Source: an uncultured Bacteroidales bacterium (GTDB taxonomy: Bacteria > Bacteroidota > Bacteroidia > Bacteroidales > Paludibacteraceae). From it: DNA of 59,583 nt. Positions 18,348 to 27,417 of this stretch are shown piece after piece. Location of the stretch: the NCBI GenBank assembly GCA_949297975.1, contig CASFUX010000134.1, forward strand, positions 1 through 59,583. The letters run 5' to 3'. The translations under genes and the position numbers were made by a program. Numbering within the stretch: the stretch's first letter is position 1; every line of letters starts with the position of its first letter. The notes beneath the pieces were generated by a model. That model was not told the origin of the DNA. It saw only the letters and a list, made by a program, of their open reading frames with translations, and made no database searches.

Positions 18348-19535
18348 TCATTTGCGTCCCCCGATAATTCCCTCCACGTCGCGCCAGAAGTTGGGGTACG
18401 ACTTGCTCACCACTTCGGGGTGCTCGATGGTGAGGGGGCGGAGAAGGACTACCGGAGCCAGCGACAGGGCCATGCGATGGTCATCGTAGGTGGCGATGGA
18501 AGGGTGCTCGTCGGCCGGACAACGGGTGCCGTCCCAAGCGAGTGCACCGTCGGCAGGTTCGTGCAGCACGTAGCCCAGCTTGCGCAATTCGCGGATGAGG
18601 GCGGCGATGCGGTCGGTTTCCTTGATTTTCAAGCTGTTCAGTCCGCTGAAATGAAAGGAGATGCCCATCAGGCAGCAAGTCACTACCAGCGTTTGGGCCA
18701 GGTCGGGCTGGTCGGTGAAGTCGTATTGCAAATGCGTCACGGCGGGAATGCCGCTTGGGGTGATGCGCACGCCGCCGGGCAGGTATTCGGTGGCGATGCC
18801 CAGGCGTTGGAACAGGGTGGCTACTTGGCTGTCGCCTTGCAGGCTGTCGGCTTGCAACCCGTGCAGGAACACCTGCCCGCGCCCCTCGAAAGCCAACATC
18901 TCGTACCAATAAGATGCCGCCGACCAGTCGGACTCCACGGTAAAAGGAACGGGGCGGTACGTCTGCGGACGTATGTCGATAACATCGTCCGTACACGTGG
19001 CGGTCACTCCGAATGTCTGCATCAGCCCCGCCGTCATGCGAATGTAGGGGCGTGATACCACCCGCCCCGCCAGGCGGATGCGCAGCCCGTGCTGCATGTA
19101 GGGGGCTATCATCATGAGGGCGGAGATGTACTGACTGCTCACGCTGCCGTCCAGTTCAATCTCACCGCCCGTGAGGGCACTGCCGTAGATGTGCAGGGGC
19201 GGATAACCGGTTTTCTCTAAGTATTCCACCTTGCCCCCGAGGCTGTTCAGCGCATCGACCAGGATGCCGATGGGACGTTGCTTCATGCGTTCGCTGCCGG
19301 TGATGGTCCATTCGCCCAACGTCTTGGCCAGAAAAGCGGTGAGGAAGCGCATGGACGTGCCTGCCGCTCCCACATCGAAGCGGGTGTCGTTGGAATCGAA
19401 CACGCGGGCCAGCACGCGGGTATCATCGCTGTCCGACAAGTTTTCTATCTCGTAGGGACTGTATGAGAGGGCGTTCAGTATCAGCACGCGGTTGCTGATG
19501 CTTTTGGAGGCGGGCAGGTGGATGTCGGCTTGCAT
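18348..19535 (-). CDS. aroA: 3-phosphoshikimate 1-carboxyvinyltransferase (EPSP synthase)
   Basis: LPASKSISNR, AGTSMRF, SSQYISA, LKIKETDRI, TYDDHRMA, VSKSYP; start set at MQADIHL because the upstream ORF extension is heptamer repeat. Confidence 0.95.
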   Translation of the reverse strand: MQADIHLPASKSISNRVLILNALSYSPYEIENLSDSDDTRVLARVFDSNDTRFDVGAAGTSMRFLTAFLAKTLGEWTITGSERMKQRPIGILVDALNSLGGKVEYLEKTGYPPLHIYGSALTGGEIELDGSVSSQYISALMMIAPYMQHGLRIRLAGRVVSRPYIRMTAGLMQTFGVTATCTDDVIDIRPQTYRPVPFTVESDWSAASYWYEMLAFEGRGQVFLHGLQADSLQGDSQVATLFQRLGIATEYLPGGVRITPSGIPAVTHLQYDFTDQPDLAQTLVVTCCLMGISFHFSGLNSLKIKETDRIAALIRELRKLGYVLHEPADGALAWDGTRCPADEHPSIATYDDHRMALSLAPVVLLRPLTIEHPEVVSKSYPNFWRDVEGIIGGRK

Positions 19536-19538
19536 AGT

Positions 19539-19642
19539 CAGTTGGCAGTTGATAGTTGATAATTGACAATTGATAGTTGATAGTTGTTCGCGCACTTTAT
19601 CGAACAAGTTAACTGTCAATTATCAACTGTCAACTATCAACT
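19539..19642. repeat. Inverted heptamer arms (AGTTGAY)n ... (RTCAACT)n; related element at 20878-20962
   Basis: gttggca gttgata gttgata attgaca attgata gttgata gttg ... caactgt caactat caact. Confidence 0.85.
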
Positions 19643-19672
19643 AAAAAGGCCGGCCTTGCGAGCCAGCCTTTT
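19643..19672 (-). terminator. Intrinsic terminator downstream of the skp genes
   Basis: AAAAAGGCCGGC-loop-GCCAGCCTTTT. Confidence 0.6.
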
Positions 19673-19693
19673 CATTTTATATTCTTTTACAAA

Positions 19694-20194
19694 TTAGATG
19701 CCCAATTTTTTCTTCACCAACGGGGTAACATCGTTGGACTTGGGCGACTGGTAAATGATGCTTTGGGCAGACAGGTCGAAGATGTAGGTGAAAGCGTTTT
19801 CGTTGCCCACTTCTTCGATGGCTTTCCTTATCTTCTCAATAACCGGCGTGAGCAATTCCTGGTGCCGCTGTTGCAAGTCGGCACTGGCAGTTTGCTGGAA
19901 CGTGGCGATGCGCTGTTCCAAGTCGGCTATTTCGCTTTGGCGGGCCTGCTTGATGCTCTCGGGCATGGTGGCCTGCTTGTCTTGGAACTCCTGGATTTTG
20001 GTGAGGTATTCTTCACGCATTTTCACCATTTCGTTCTCCCACTGGGTCTGCAAGGTGTCCAACGTCAATTGGATGGTCTTGAATTCCGGCATGGCCATCA
20101 GGATTTCCTGCGAATTGACGTGGCCGAACTTGTCTTGAGCCATTGCAAACATGGGGAGTGCGCAAAGCATTAATATTACCGTTTTCTTCAACAT
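19694..20194 (-). CDS. skp: OmpH/Skp periplasmic chaperone
   Basis: KFGHVNSQEILMAMPE...KIRKAIEEVG.E..FTYIFD...DVT..VKKKLGI. Confidence 0.9.
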   Translation of the reverse strand: MLKKTVILMLCALPMFAMAQDKFGHVNSQEILMAMPEFKTIQLTLDTLQTQWENEMVKMREEYLTKIQEFQDKQATMPESIKQARQSEIADLEQRIATFQQTASADLQQRHQELLTPVIEKIRKAIEEVGNENAFTYIFDLSAQSIIYQSPKSNDVTPLVKKKLGI

Positions 20195-20256
20195 GACTTT
20201 GTTTTTAAGTTTTACTTATCGTTTGTTTTTGGTTTTAAAGGCGCAAATGTATGAAT

Positions 20257-20772
20257 TTATTTTGAATATCCCAACTTTTGCAGCACCTCGTCGCTGATGT
20301 CGAGCTTGGGCGAGGCGATGATGACCGACATGGCCGAACTGCGGTCGAACACGAGGTCATAGCCCTCTTCCTTGGTGATTTCCTGCAAAGCGGTGTACAC
20401 TTCGTCCTGGATAGGCTTCATCAGGCTTTCACGCTTCTTGAACAATTCGCCGTCCTGTCCGAAATATTTACGCTTCAGTTCGTTGGCCGCTTTTTCCTTG
20501 GCAATGATTTCTTCCTCGCGTTGCACCTTCATTTCTTCGGAAAGGAACACGAGTTCCGTCTGATAATTCTTGTACAGTTGTTCCACTTCCTGCATCTGGG
20601 TTTCCACTTCCGTCTGCCACTTTTTGGAGATTTGGTTCAACTGTTCTTCGGCAGCTTCATAGCTGGGTATATTCTTCATGATATACTCCATATCCACCAT
20701 GGCGAACTTCTGCGCACTGATGGCAACGGCCATGCCAGCCATCAAACCGATTGTAAGAATGAGCTTTTTCAT
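20257..20772 (-). CDS. skp: OmpH/Skp chaperone (Omp17-like)
   Basis: QKFAMVDMEYIMKNIP...LMKPIQDEVY...GYDLVFDRSS...DISDEVLQKLGY; follows bamA. Confidence 0.9.
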   Translation of the reverse strand: MKKLILTIGLMAGMAVAISAQKFAMVDMEYIMKNIPSYEAAEEQLNQISKKWQTEVETQMQEVEQLYKNYQTELVFLSEEMKVQREEEIIAKEKAANELKRKYFGQDGELFKKRESLMKPIQDEVYTALQEITKEEGYDLVFDRSSAMSVIIASPKLDISDEVLQKLGYSK

Positions 20773-20962
20773 ATCATCTTGTTTTTTACTGTCAACAGCT
20801 GGCAGTCAATAATAGTTCGCTGTCGGCGGTTGACGATGTTTATCTAATGGTTACGTAACAAAAAGCGTGCCCTTTTTCAGTTGAGAGTTGACAGTTGAGA
20901 GTTGCTCGTGCACCTTATGCTTACGGCCTAACTATCAATTGTCAATTGTTAATTATTAATTG

Positions 20963-23653
20963 TTAAAGTTCTTGTCCCAGCACGAAGTGGAACTGGCTGC
21001 CGCCTATGCCACCGCTTTGGTTATCCTTGTCGAAGCCGTAGGCCCAGTCGATACCCATCAGCCCGAACATGGGCAGGAAGATGCGCACGCCCACCCCGGC
21101 CGAACGCTTCAGATTGAACGGGTTGTAGTTTTTGAAACCGTTGTAGGCATTACCGGCTTCCACGAAAGCCAACGCCCAGATGGTGGCATTCTGTTCCAGT
21201 GAAAGCGGATACCGCAGTTCCAACGTGAACTTGTTGTACAGGAAGCCCTTGTACGTGCCCCATTGCGAATCATAAGGAGTCAGGCTACCCGACTCGTAAC
21301 CGCGCATGGCCACATACTCTTCGCCGTAGCTGGTGTAGGCCGTCATGCCATCGCCCCCGAGCACGTAAGTACCGATAGGCGAACGCAGGTATTCGTTGTA
21401 GTGGCCCAGATAGGCAAATTCGGCACGCCCCATAAGCACCAGTTTCTCGTCTTGCGACAGCGGGGTGAACATCTTCGCGCTGAACTTCCACTTGTGGTAT
21501 TCGATGAAGTTGTAGCGAGCATAGCGATCCTGCAACGACATGGAGGCGTAGTCCACATCGCCCCGGAAGAGGGAGTAGGGTGGTGTAACCTGGATGCCCA
21601 GCGAGAACTCGGACCCCTTGCGGGTGTAGATGGGGTTGTCTATGGAGTTGCGGCTGAGGTTCATGTTCAAGCTGATGGAGTGGTAATTGCCATCGCCCAA
21701 CGGGTAGAGCACCTGCCACCAGTCTTTCAGCATGTATAGCTGGTACGACAATTCTCCGTAGAACGTGAAAAAGTCATCGGGCCATTTCAGGCGTTTACCG
21801 TAACCCACCGATACCCCCAAGGTGCGCATGTATTTTTCGGGATCGGTTTCGTATTGCTGCGAATTGTAGTAGCTGTCGTAATAACTGTTATAGTAGTTGT
21901 TGTAGTAGCCGCCGTAGTATCCCCCATAGCCGTAGTAATACGGATTGTAATAATTGTACATGCTGCTGTACATATTATTATAATATTCATACCAGCGGTC
22001 GCTGATGCCCGACTGCGAGGCGAAGTAGGCCGACACGGAGAGCGAGTTGGGTCGCTTGCCACCCAACCACGGTTCGAGGAACGACAGGCTCACCGAGTTG
22101 TAGTAACGGGCGTTGGTGCGGGCGTTGATGGAGAAAGTCTGCCCCTCGCCTTGCGGCACAATCTTGTACATTTCGGGACGGAACAGGTTCTGGATGGCGA
22201 AGTTGGTGAACTTCAACCCCAGGCTGCCCACGATGCCCGTGGCACCCCATCCGAGCGAAAATTCCACTTGGTCGCTCCCCTTGGTTTTCAACTGGTAGTT
22301 TAGGTCCACGGTGCCTTCTTCCGGGTTAGGCGATATGCCGCCGTTCTGGAAGTCGGTCATCAGCTGCTCCTGGTCGAAGTGCCCCATCTGTGCCAGTTCG
22401 CGCAGGGTACGTATCACCTCCGACTGGCTGTAGAGCTGCCCCGGCTTGGTGCGCAGTTCGCGGCGGATGACGTGTTCGTACACCCGCTCGTTACCTATAA
22501 TATTAATCTCGTTGATAGTGGCGGGCTTTCCTTCGTAAATGCGCATCTCGAAGTCGATGGAGTCGCCCTCGAAATGCGTTTCCACCGGTTCGATGTTGGA
22601 GAACAGGTAGCCGCGGTCCTGGTACAGCTTGCTCACCGCGTCGTCATCGGAGTAAAGGCGTTCGGTAAGCTGCTTGTAGTTGTACACGTCGCCTTTCTTG
22701 ATGCCGAGCACCTCGTCGAGGAATTCGTAGGGGTAAATGGTATTGCCCACCCAGTCGATGTTGCGGATGTAGTATTTATCGCCCTCGCTGATGGTGAGGT
22801 ACACGTCCACGGTTTTGTCATCGAAGGGCACCACGCTGTCGGCCACGATATAGGCATCGCGGTAGCCCACCTCGTTGTATTTTTCGATGACGGCCACCTT
22901 GTCCTTCTCGTATTCCTCGCGAACGAATTTCTTGGTGCGGAAGAAGTTCATCCAACTGGGGTCGTTGGTCTTCTTCATGGCGCGGTTAATCTGGTTATAC
23001 GTCAAGGCCTTGTTTCCCGTGATGTAGATGGCGTGCACTTTGGTCTTCAGCTTCTTGTCCACATGCACGTCCACTATCACGTGCCCCGGCTTGTCGGGGT
23101 CGTTGCGTTGCAGCACGGTAGCCTCGGCGTTGGAGAAGCCTTTTTCCTCCATCACCTTTTCTATGACCGTCTTGGCGCGGTCGGATATGTTAGGGGTTAT
23201 CTGGCTGCCTTCCACCAGACCCAGCCGGGGCTTCAGGTCGTCCACCTCCGCCTTTTTCAGCCCGTGGTAGTTGATGGTCGAGATGCGCGGGCGTTGTTTT
23301 AGCGCGATATGCAGCCATATTTTGTCGTCCTCTATCTTGTCGGCGTATATTTTGACATCGGAGAAAAGTCCTTGCCGCCAGAAGCGTTTGGTGGCATTGG
23401 TCACCTCGTCGCCCGGCACGCTGATGATGTCACCCACGGCCAGCCCGGAGTAGCCGATGAGCACGAAGTCCTCGTAGTTGTCGGCTCCTGAAATGCGGAT
23501 ATCGGCTATTTCGTATTTCCGGGGCATACTTCCGTACTCGATGACGGGCAACTGGGTCGAGTCGTTTTCCGCTACCGCATCGGTTTGGGCGAATGCGGTT
23601 CCGCCGGAAAAGGCCCCCAAAAGCATATATAAGAGCAGCGTCTTTGTTTGCAT
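20963..23653 (-). CDS. bamA: Outer membrane protein assembly factor BamA
   Basis: POTRA repeats (VIRRELRTKPG), MRGY lid-lock variant, SAGVGVRIFLPMFGLMGIDWAYGFD, terminal FHFVLGQEL. Confidence 0.95.
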   Translation of the reverse strand: MQTKTLLLYMLLGAFSGGTAFAQTDAVAENDSTQLPVIEYGSMPRKYEIADIRISGADNYEDFVLIGYSGLAVGDIISVPGDEVTNATKRFWRQGLFSDVKIYADKIEDDKIWLHIALKQRPRISTINYHGLKKAEVDDLKPRLGLVEGSQITPNISDRAKTVIEKVMEEKGFSNAEATVLQRNDPDKPGHVIVDVHVDKKLKTKVHAIYITGNKALTYNQINRAMKKTNDPSWMNFFRTKKFVREEYEKDKVAVIEKYNEVGYRDAYIVADSVVPFDDKTVDVYLTISEGDKYYIRNIDWVGNTIYPYEFLDEVLGIKKGDVYNYKQLTERLYSDDDAVSKLYQDRGYLFSNIEPVETHFEGDSIDFEMRIYEGKPATINEINIIGNERVYEHVIRRELRTKPGQLYSQSEVIRTLRELAQMGHFDQEQLMTDFQNGGISPNPEEGTVDLNYQLKTKGSDQVEFSLGWGATGIVGSLGLKFTNFAIQNLFRPEMYKIVPQGEGQTFSINARTNARYYNSVSLSFLEPWLGGKRPNSLSVSAYFASQSGISDRWYEYYNNMYSSMYNYYNPYYYGYGGYYGGYYNNYYNSYYDSYYNSQQYETDPEKYMRTLGVSVGYGKRLKWPDDFFTFYGELSYQLYMLKDWWQVLYPLGDGNYHSISLNMNLSRNSIDNPIYTRKGSEFSLGIQVTPPYSLFRGDVDYASMSLQDRYARYNFIEYHKWKFSAKMFTPLSQDEKLVLMGRAEFAYLGHYNEYLRSPIGTYVLGGDGMTAYTSYGEEYVAMRGYESGSLTPYDSQWGTYKGFLYNKFTLELRYPLSLEQNATIWALAFVEAGNAYNGFKNYNPFNLKRSAGVGVRIFLPMFGLMGIDWAYGFDKDNQSGGIGGSQFHFVLGQEL

Positions 23654-23730
23654 TTAGTCAATTACAAATTACAAAGTTACGGGTTACTCGGTTAATCAAT
23701 CGTTTTATTATTCCGTTATTCTCCTTTCCG

Positions 23731-24453
23731 TCATTTCCCGAACCGCCGTTCACGTTGCTGGTATTCGTAAATGGCCTGGTAGAAGTTTTCCTTCCTGAAG
23801 TCGGGCCAATGCGTTTCCGTGAAGTACAGCTCCGTGTAGGCCAGCTGCCACAGCAGGAAATTGCTGATGCGCTGTTCGCCGCTGGTGCGTATGAGCAGGT
23901 CGGGGTCGGGCATGTCGCGGGTGTCCAGGTACGAAGCCACCACCCGGTCCGTTATGTCGTCGGGGTTCAGCCTGCCGTCTCGGGCATCGCGGCACATGGC
24001 TTGTGCGGCGGCGGTTATTTCCCACCGTGCGGAATAGCTCAATGCCAGCACCAGGTTCAGCCCCGTGTTGGTTTCCGTTTGCTTCAGGCAGTTCCGCAGT
24101 TTGTTTTCCGCTCCTTCGGGCAGGCGGCTCAAGTCGCCGATGGCCCGCAAGCGCACGTTGTTTTTATTCAGCGTGGGCGTTTCCTTCTCTATGGTGTCCA
24201 CCAGCAGTTCCATCAAGGCATCGACTTCCTGCTTGGGGCGTCCCCAGTTTTCGGTGGAGAATGCGTATAGGGTGAGGTATTTTATGCCGATTTCGGCGGC
24301 GGCTTCGGTCGTTTCGCGTACCGAGGTCACCCCGTTCTGATGCCCTACAATCCGGTCGTATCCCCGTTGCTGGGCCCATCGGCCGTTACCGTCCATGATG
24401 ACGGCGATGTGCACGGGCAGGCGCGACATGTCGATCTTCTCTTTGTAAGCCAT
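23731..24453 (-). CDS. uppS: Undecaprenyl diphosphate synthase (isoprenyl transferase)
   Basis: [50 protein letters not shown]. Confidence 0.97.
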   Translation of the reverse strand: MAYKEKIDMSRLPVHIAVIMDGNGRWAQQRGYDRIVGHQNGVTSVRETTEAAAEIGIKYLTLYAFSTENWGRPKQEVDALMELLVDTIEKETPTLNKNNVRLRAIGDLSRLPEGAENKLRNCLKQTETNTGLNLVLALSYSARWEITAAAQAMCRDARDGRLNPDDITDRVVASYLDTRDMPDPDLLIRTSGEQRISNFLLWQLAYTELYFTETHWPDFRKENFYQAIYEYQQRERRFGK

Positions 24454-24484
24454 CTCGTAGTCTTTGTCTTGTTTGTTAATCCTT

Positions 24485-25141
24485 TTATAGTTTGTGGCAA
24501 TCGCAACCCCTCTTCCAGATGTCGAACGTGATGCCTACCGTGAGCGTCTGCAACAGGTCGTTGTTCAACAGGTTGCCTCCGTTCAGGCCATTCGGGTCGT
24601 TATACGCGGCCACGCCCTCCAGGTCGTCCTTCAGCAGCAGCCGGTTGGAGAATTGGGCGTTGAAGTTGAACCGCCCGCCCAGTTTCACCTTGATACCGAT
24701 TCCGAACGGAATGCTCACGCCCAACGTGCGTGCCTGCTCATAGGAATAATCCATGAACCCCACGCCCACGAACAGGTAAGGGGCAAACGTCTTGCTGAAA
24801 CGCTTGTACTCGTTCCGCTCCAGGTCGAAGAAGTTGAATTCTCCGCACAAATCCAGCATGTTGACCGCGTGGTCGAACGCCGTCTCGCCGCTCCCGCCGT
24901 ACAGCCTGGCCCTGCTCACTTCGGCCCGCGCCGCAAAACGCGTGTCGAACCGGTAGCGAAACAAAGCCCCATAGTCGATCGTGGTATGCCTGAATGGCGT
25001 GAGGTTGGCATCGCCCAAGTAGTACGCCGCCCCGCCCAGCACGCCGATTTCGGCCCGGTAGTCGTTCAGCTGCGCGTGGGACGGCAGGCACAAACCGCAT
25101 AATAAACAAACGAGTATGAATGTTTTGGATTTAAAATACAT
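24485..25141 (-). CDS. porG: DUF6089 small beta-barrel outer membrane protein, PorG-like T9SS component by synteny
   Basis: [14 protein letters not shown]...EFNFF...IPFGIGIK...DDLEG; porG-uppS-bamA-skp-skp order matches Porphyromonas gingivalis; gene symbol inferred from synteny. Confidence 0.65.
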   Translation of the reverse strand: MYFKSKTFILVCLLCGLCLPSHAQLNDYRAEIGVLGGAAYYLGDANLTPFRHTTIDYGALFRYRFDTRFAARAEVSRARLYGGSGETAFDHAVNMLDLCGEFNFFDLERNEYKRFSKTFAPYLFVGVGFMDYSYEQARTLGVSIPFGIGIKVKLGGRFNFNAQFSNRLLLKDDLEGVAAYNDPNGLNGGNLLNNDLLQTLTVGITFDIWKRGCDCHKL

Positions 25142-25531
25142 GTGACTCCCTATACGTGATTGACTAAAGATGTAAACGTGCATTTATGCCAAAAATTTCA
25201 TACCCATCGAAATATTTAAGGGCAAAAGTAGTGATAATCTCCCAATATCGGGACAGCGTGCACGGCGGGGGAGGGTTATTTAACATTAATTGCAAATAAA
25301 GAAAGGGGTGATGTCACGGGCGAAGTCAAAGAAAAAGAAACCGGGATAGGTGCGTACAGCCCCGGTCTTCCTTACAGGGGACGTTTACAAAAGCTACGGA
25401 ACGTGAGTTTGGTATAAGACAATGCAGGCAGCGGTCTGAATAGTTGCGAGATATCAAATTGAGACTGCGTCCCAAATAACTATCAAAATGAATACAAATC
25501 CTCAGTTTTTTAAGGGAAATAAAATTCCTCA

Positions 25532-26599
25532 TCATCCGTGTGCCAGCATGTAGAAATCCATCAAAGCGATGGCGGCCATGGCCTCCACCACAGGCACGGC
25601 ACGGGGCAGTACGCAGGGGTCGTGGCGGCCATGGGCTTCCAGAAGCACTTCCTGTCCATGCACATCCACTGTGTGCTGGCACTTCGCTATGGTGGCCACG
25701 GGCTTGAACAGTACGCGGAAATAGACATCCTGCCCGTTGCTTATTCCCCCTTGTATGCCGCCAGAGCGGTTTGTTGCGGTTGTTATTTTTCCTTCCTTTG
25801 TCATGAAGGCATCGTTCTGCTCCGAGCCTTTCAGGGCCACGCCATCCCATCCCATGCCGTAGTCGAACCCGTGCACCGCGTTGATGCTGAACATGGCCTG
25901 TGCCAGCCGCGTCGACAGTTTGTCGAAGATGGGGTTGCCCCACCCGGCGGGCAGGTGCTTGACAACGCACGTCACGATGCCACCGATGGAGTCGCCTTCG
26001 GCTTTCAATTGGCGGATGTAGTCAATCATTTGTTCGGCAATTTCTGGTTGCGGGCAGCGCACGATGTTCTTTTCTATTTCGGACGGGTCAATGCGGTCTG
26101 CGGGCAGTGTCATGGCGATGTGCCCTACCTGCGAGGTGTAGGCCGTGATTTCGATGCCAGCCTGGCGCAAGGCCAGCTTGGCGATGGCACCGGCCACCAC
26201 GCGAGCCGCTGTCTCGCGAGCGGAACTGCGTCCCCCGCCCCGATGGTCGCGGATGCCGTATTTTTGTTGGTACGTGAAGTCGGCATGCGAGGGACGGTAC
26301 ACCTCCCGCAGGTGGTCATAATCGGTACTGCGTTGGTTGCCGTTCCAAATAACGAAGGCAATGGGTGTGCCGGTGGTCCGTCCTTCGAAGATGCCGGAGA
26401 GAAACTCCACCCGGTCGTCTTCCCGGCGCGGGGTGGTGATGTCCGATTGCCCCGGGCGACGGCGGTCCAGTTCGTACTGGATGAATGCCTCGTCTATCTC
26501 CACCAAGGGAGGGCAGCCATCGATAATGCCACCTATCGCCCGTCCGTGTGATTCGCCGAACGAGGTGAACGTGAATATCTTTCCAAAGGTGTTGGACAT
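25532..26599 (-). CDS. aroC: Chorismate synthase
   Basis: [44 protein letters not shown]. Confidence 0.97.
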   Translation of the reverse strand: MSNTFGKIFTFTSFGESHGRAIGGIIDGCPPLVEIDEAFIQYELDRRRPGQSDITTPRREDDRVEFLSGIFEGRTTGTPIAFVIWNGNQRSTDYDHLREVYRPSHADFTYQQKYGIRDHRGGGRSSARETAARVVAGAIAKLALRQAGIEITAYTSQVGHIAMTLPADRIDPSEIEKNIVRCPQPEIAEQMIDYIRQLKAEGDSIGGIVTCVVKHLPAGWGNPIFDKLSTRLAQAMFSINAVHGFDYGMGWDGVALKGSEQNDAFMTKEGKITTATNRSGGIQGGISNGQDVYFRVLFKPVATIAKCQHTVDVHGQEVLLEAHGRHDPCVLPRAVPVVEAMAAIALMDFYMLAHG

Positions 26600-26608
26600 G
26601 AGCGGGGA

Positions 26609-26718
26609 ATTTTACGATTTACAGATTTACGATTTACAGGAACGCAAATTACGCAAAATGCGCAAATATACGCAAATAAAAACTACTTCATTTGCGTTGA
26701 TTTGCGCATTTCACGTTA
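26609..26718. repeat. TTTACGA/TTTACAGA repeats plus ACGCAAAT 9-9-10 arm and its inverted partner, between slyD and aroC
   Basis: aacgcaaat tacgcaaaa tgcgcaaat atacgcaaat ... atttgcgttg atttgcgc atttcacgtt. Confidence 0.75.
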
Positions 26719-26734
26719 TTCCTTTCTGTTCTGC

Positions 26735-27307
26735 TTAGTGGCATCCGCTACAGCCTCCGCCGCAGCAATCATCGTCGTCGCAGCCACAGCCGCAACCGCA
26801 GCTTCCGCATCCACCGCCCATGAGGGCAGCCAATTCCTGTTCTGTCGCATCGCGCACTTCGAGTACTTTGCCCTTGAAGTGCAGGTTTTCACCGGCCAGG
26901 GGGTGGTTCAGGTCTACCGTCACCTTGTCGGGGGTGACCGATACTACCATGGCGTTCATGCGGTTGCCTTCGGTATCCATGAGTGGCACTACATTGCCCT
27001 CACGCACTATTTCGGCATCGAATTTGCCGTCCACTTCGAATACCGAGCGTTCCAATTCCACCACGTAGTCGTCATCGTAAGGGCCGTAAGCCTCTTCGTT
27101 CGGGATAGTGAACTCGTAGGTGTCGCCAGCCCCCAGACCCAGTAGGTTTTCTTCGAACTTGGGGAGCATCATGCCTATCCCGAAGATGAACGTGAGCGGT
27201 TGTTCAGACGTGGCACGTTCCATCAGTTCCAGTTCGCCATTGCCATTGGCACCGTCGACGTATAATTCATACTCCGCCGACACGAATTTGTTGTTTGCAA
27301 TTTTCAT
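26735..27307 (-). CDS. slyD: FKBP-type peptidyl-prolyl isomerase SlyD with Cys-rich tail
   Basis: PLTFIFG.G.MLPKFE..L, EAYG, VDLNHPLAGENLHF, VRDAT.QE. Confidence 0.93.
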   Translation of the reverse strand: MKIANNKFVSAEYELYVDGANGNGELELMERATSEQPLTFIFGIGMMLPKFEENLLGLGAGDTYEFTIPNEEAYGPYDDDYVVELERSVFEVDGKFDAEIVREGNVVPLMDTEGNRMNAMVVSVTPDKVTVDLNHPLAGENLHFKGKVLEVRDATEQELAALMGGGCGSCGCGCGCDDDDCCGGGCSGCH

Positions 27308-27417
27308 AACTTTATTGTTTACTATATTTCAAATTTCAGATTGGCACACGGATTATCACGAATTTGTCTTTTCCCCTTTCTACTTTCACCTCGCCTGTTC
27401 TTGCTTCTCACCTCTGT

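Noticed and set aside
19536-19619. N-terminal STINCQL repeat extension of AroA
   Set aside because: It is the translation of the heptamer DNA arm; AroA homology starts at MQADIHL.
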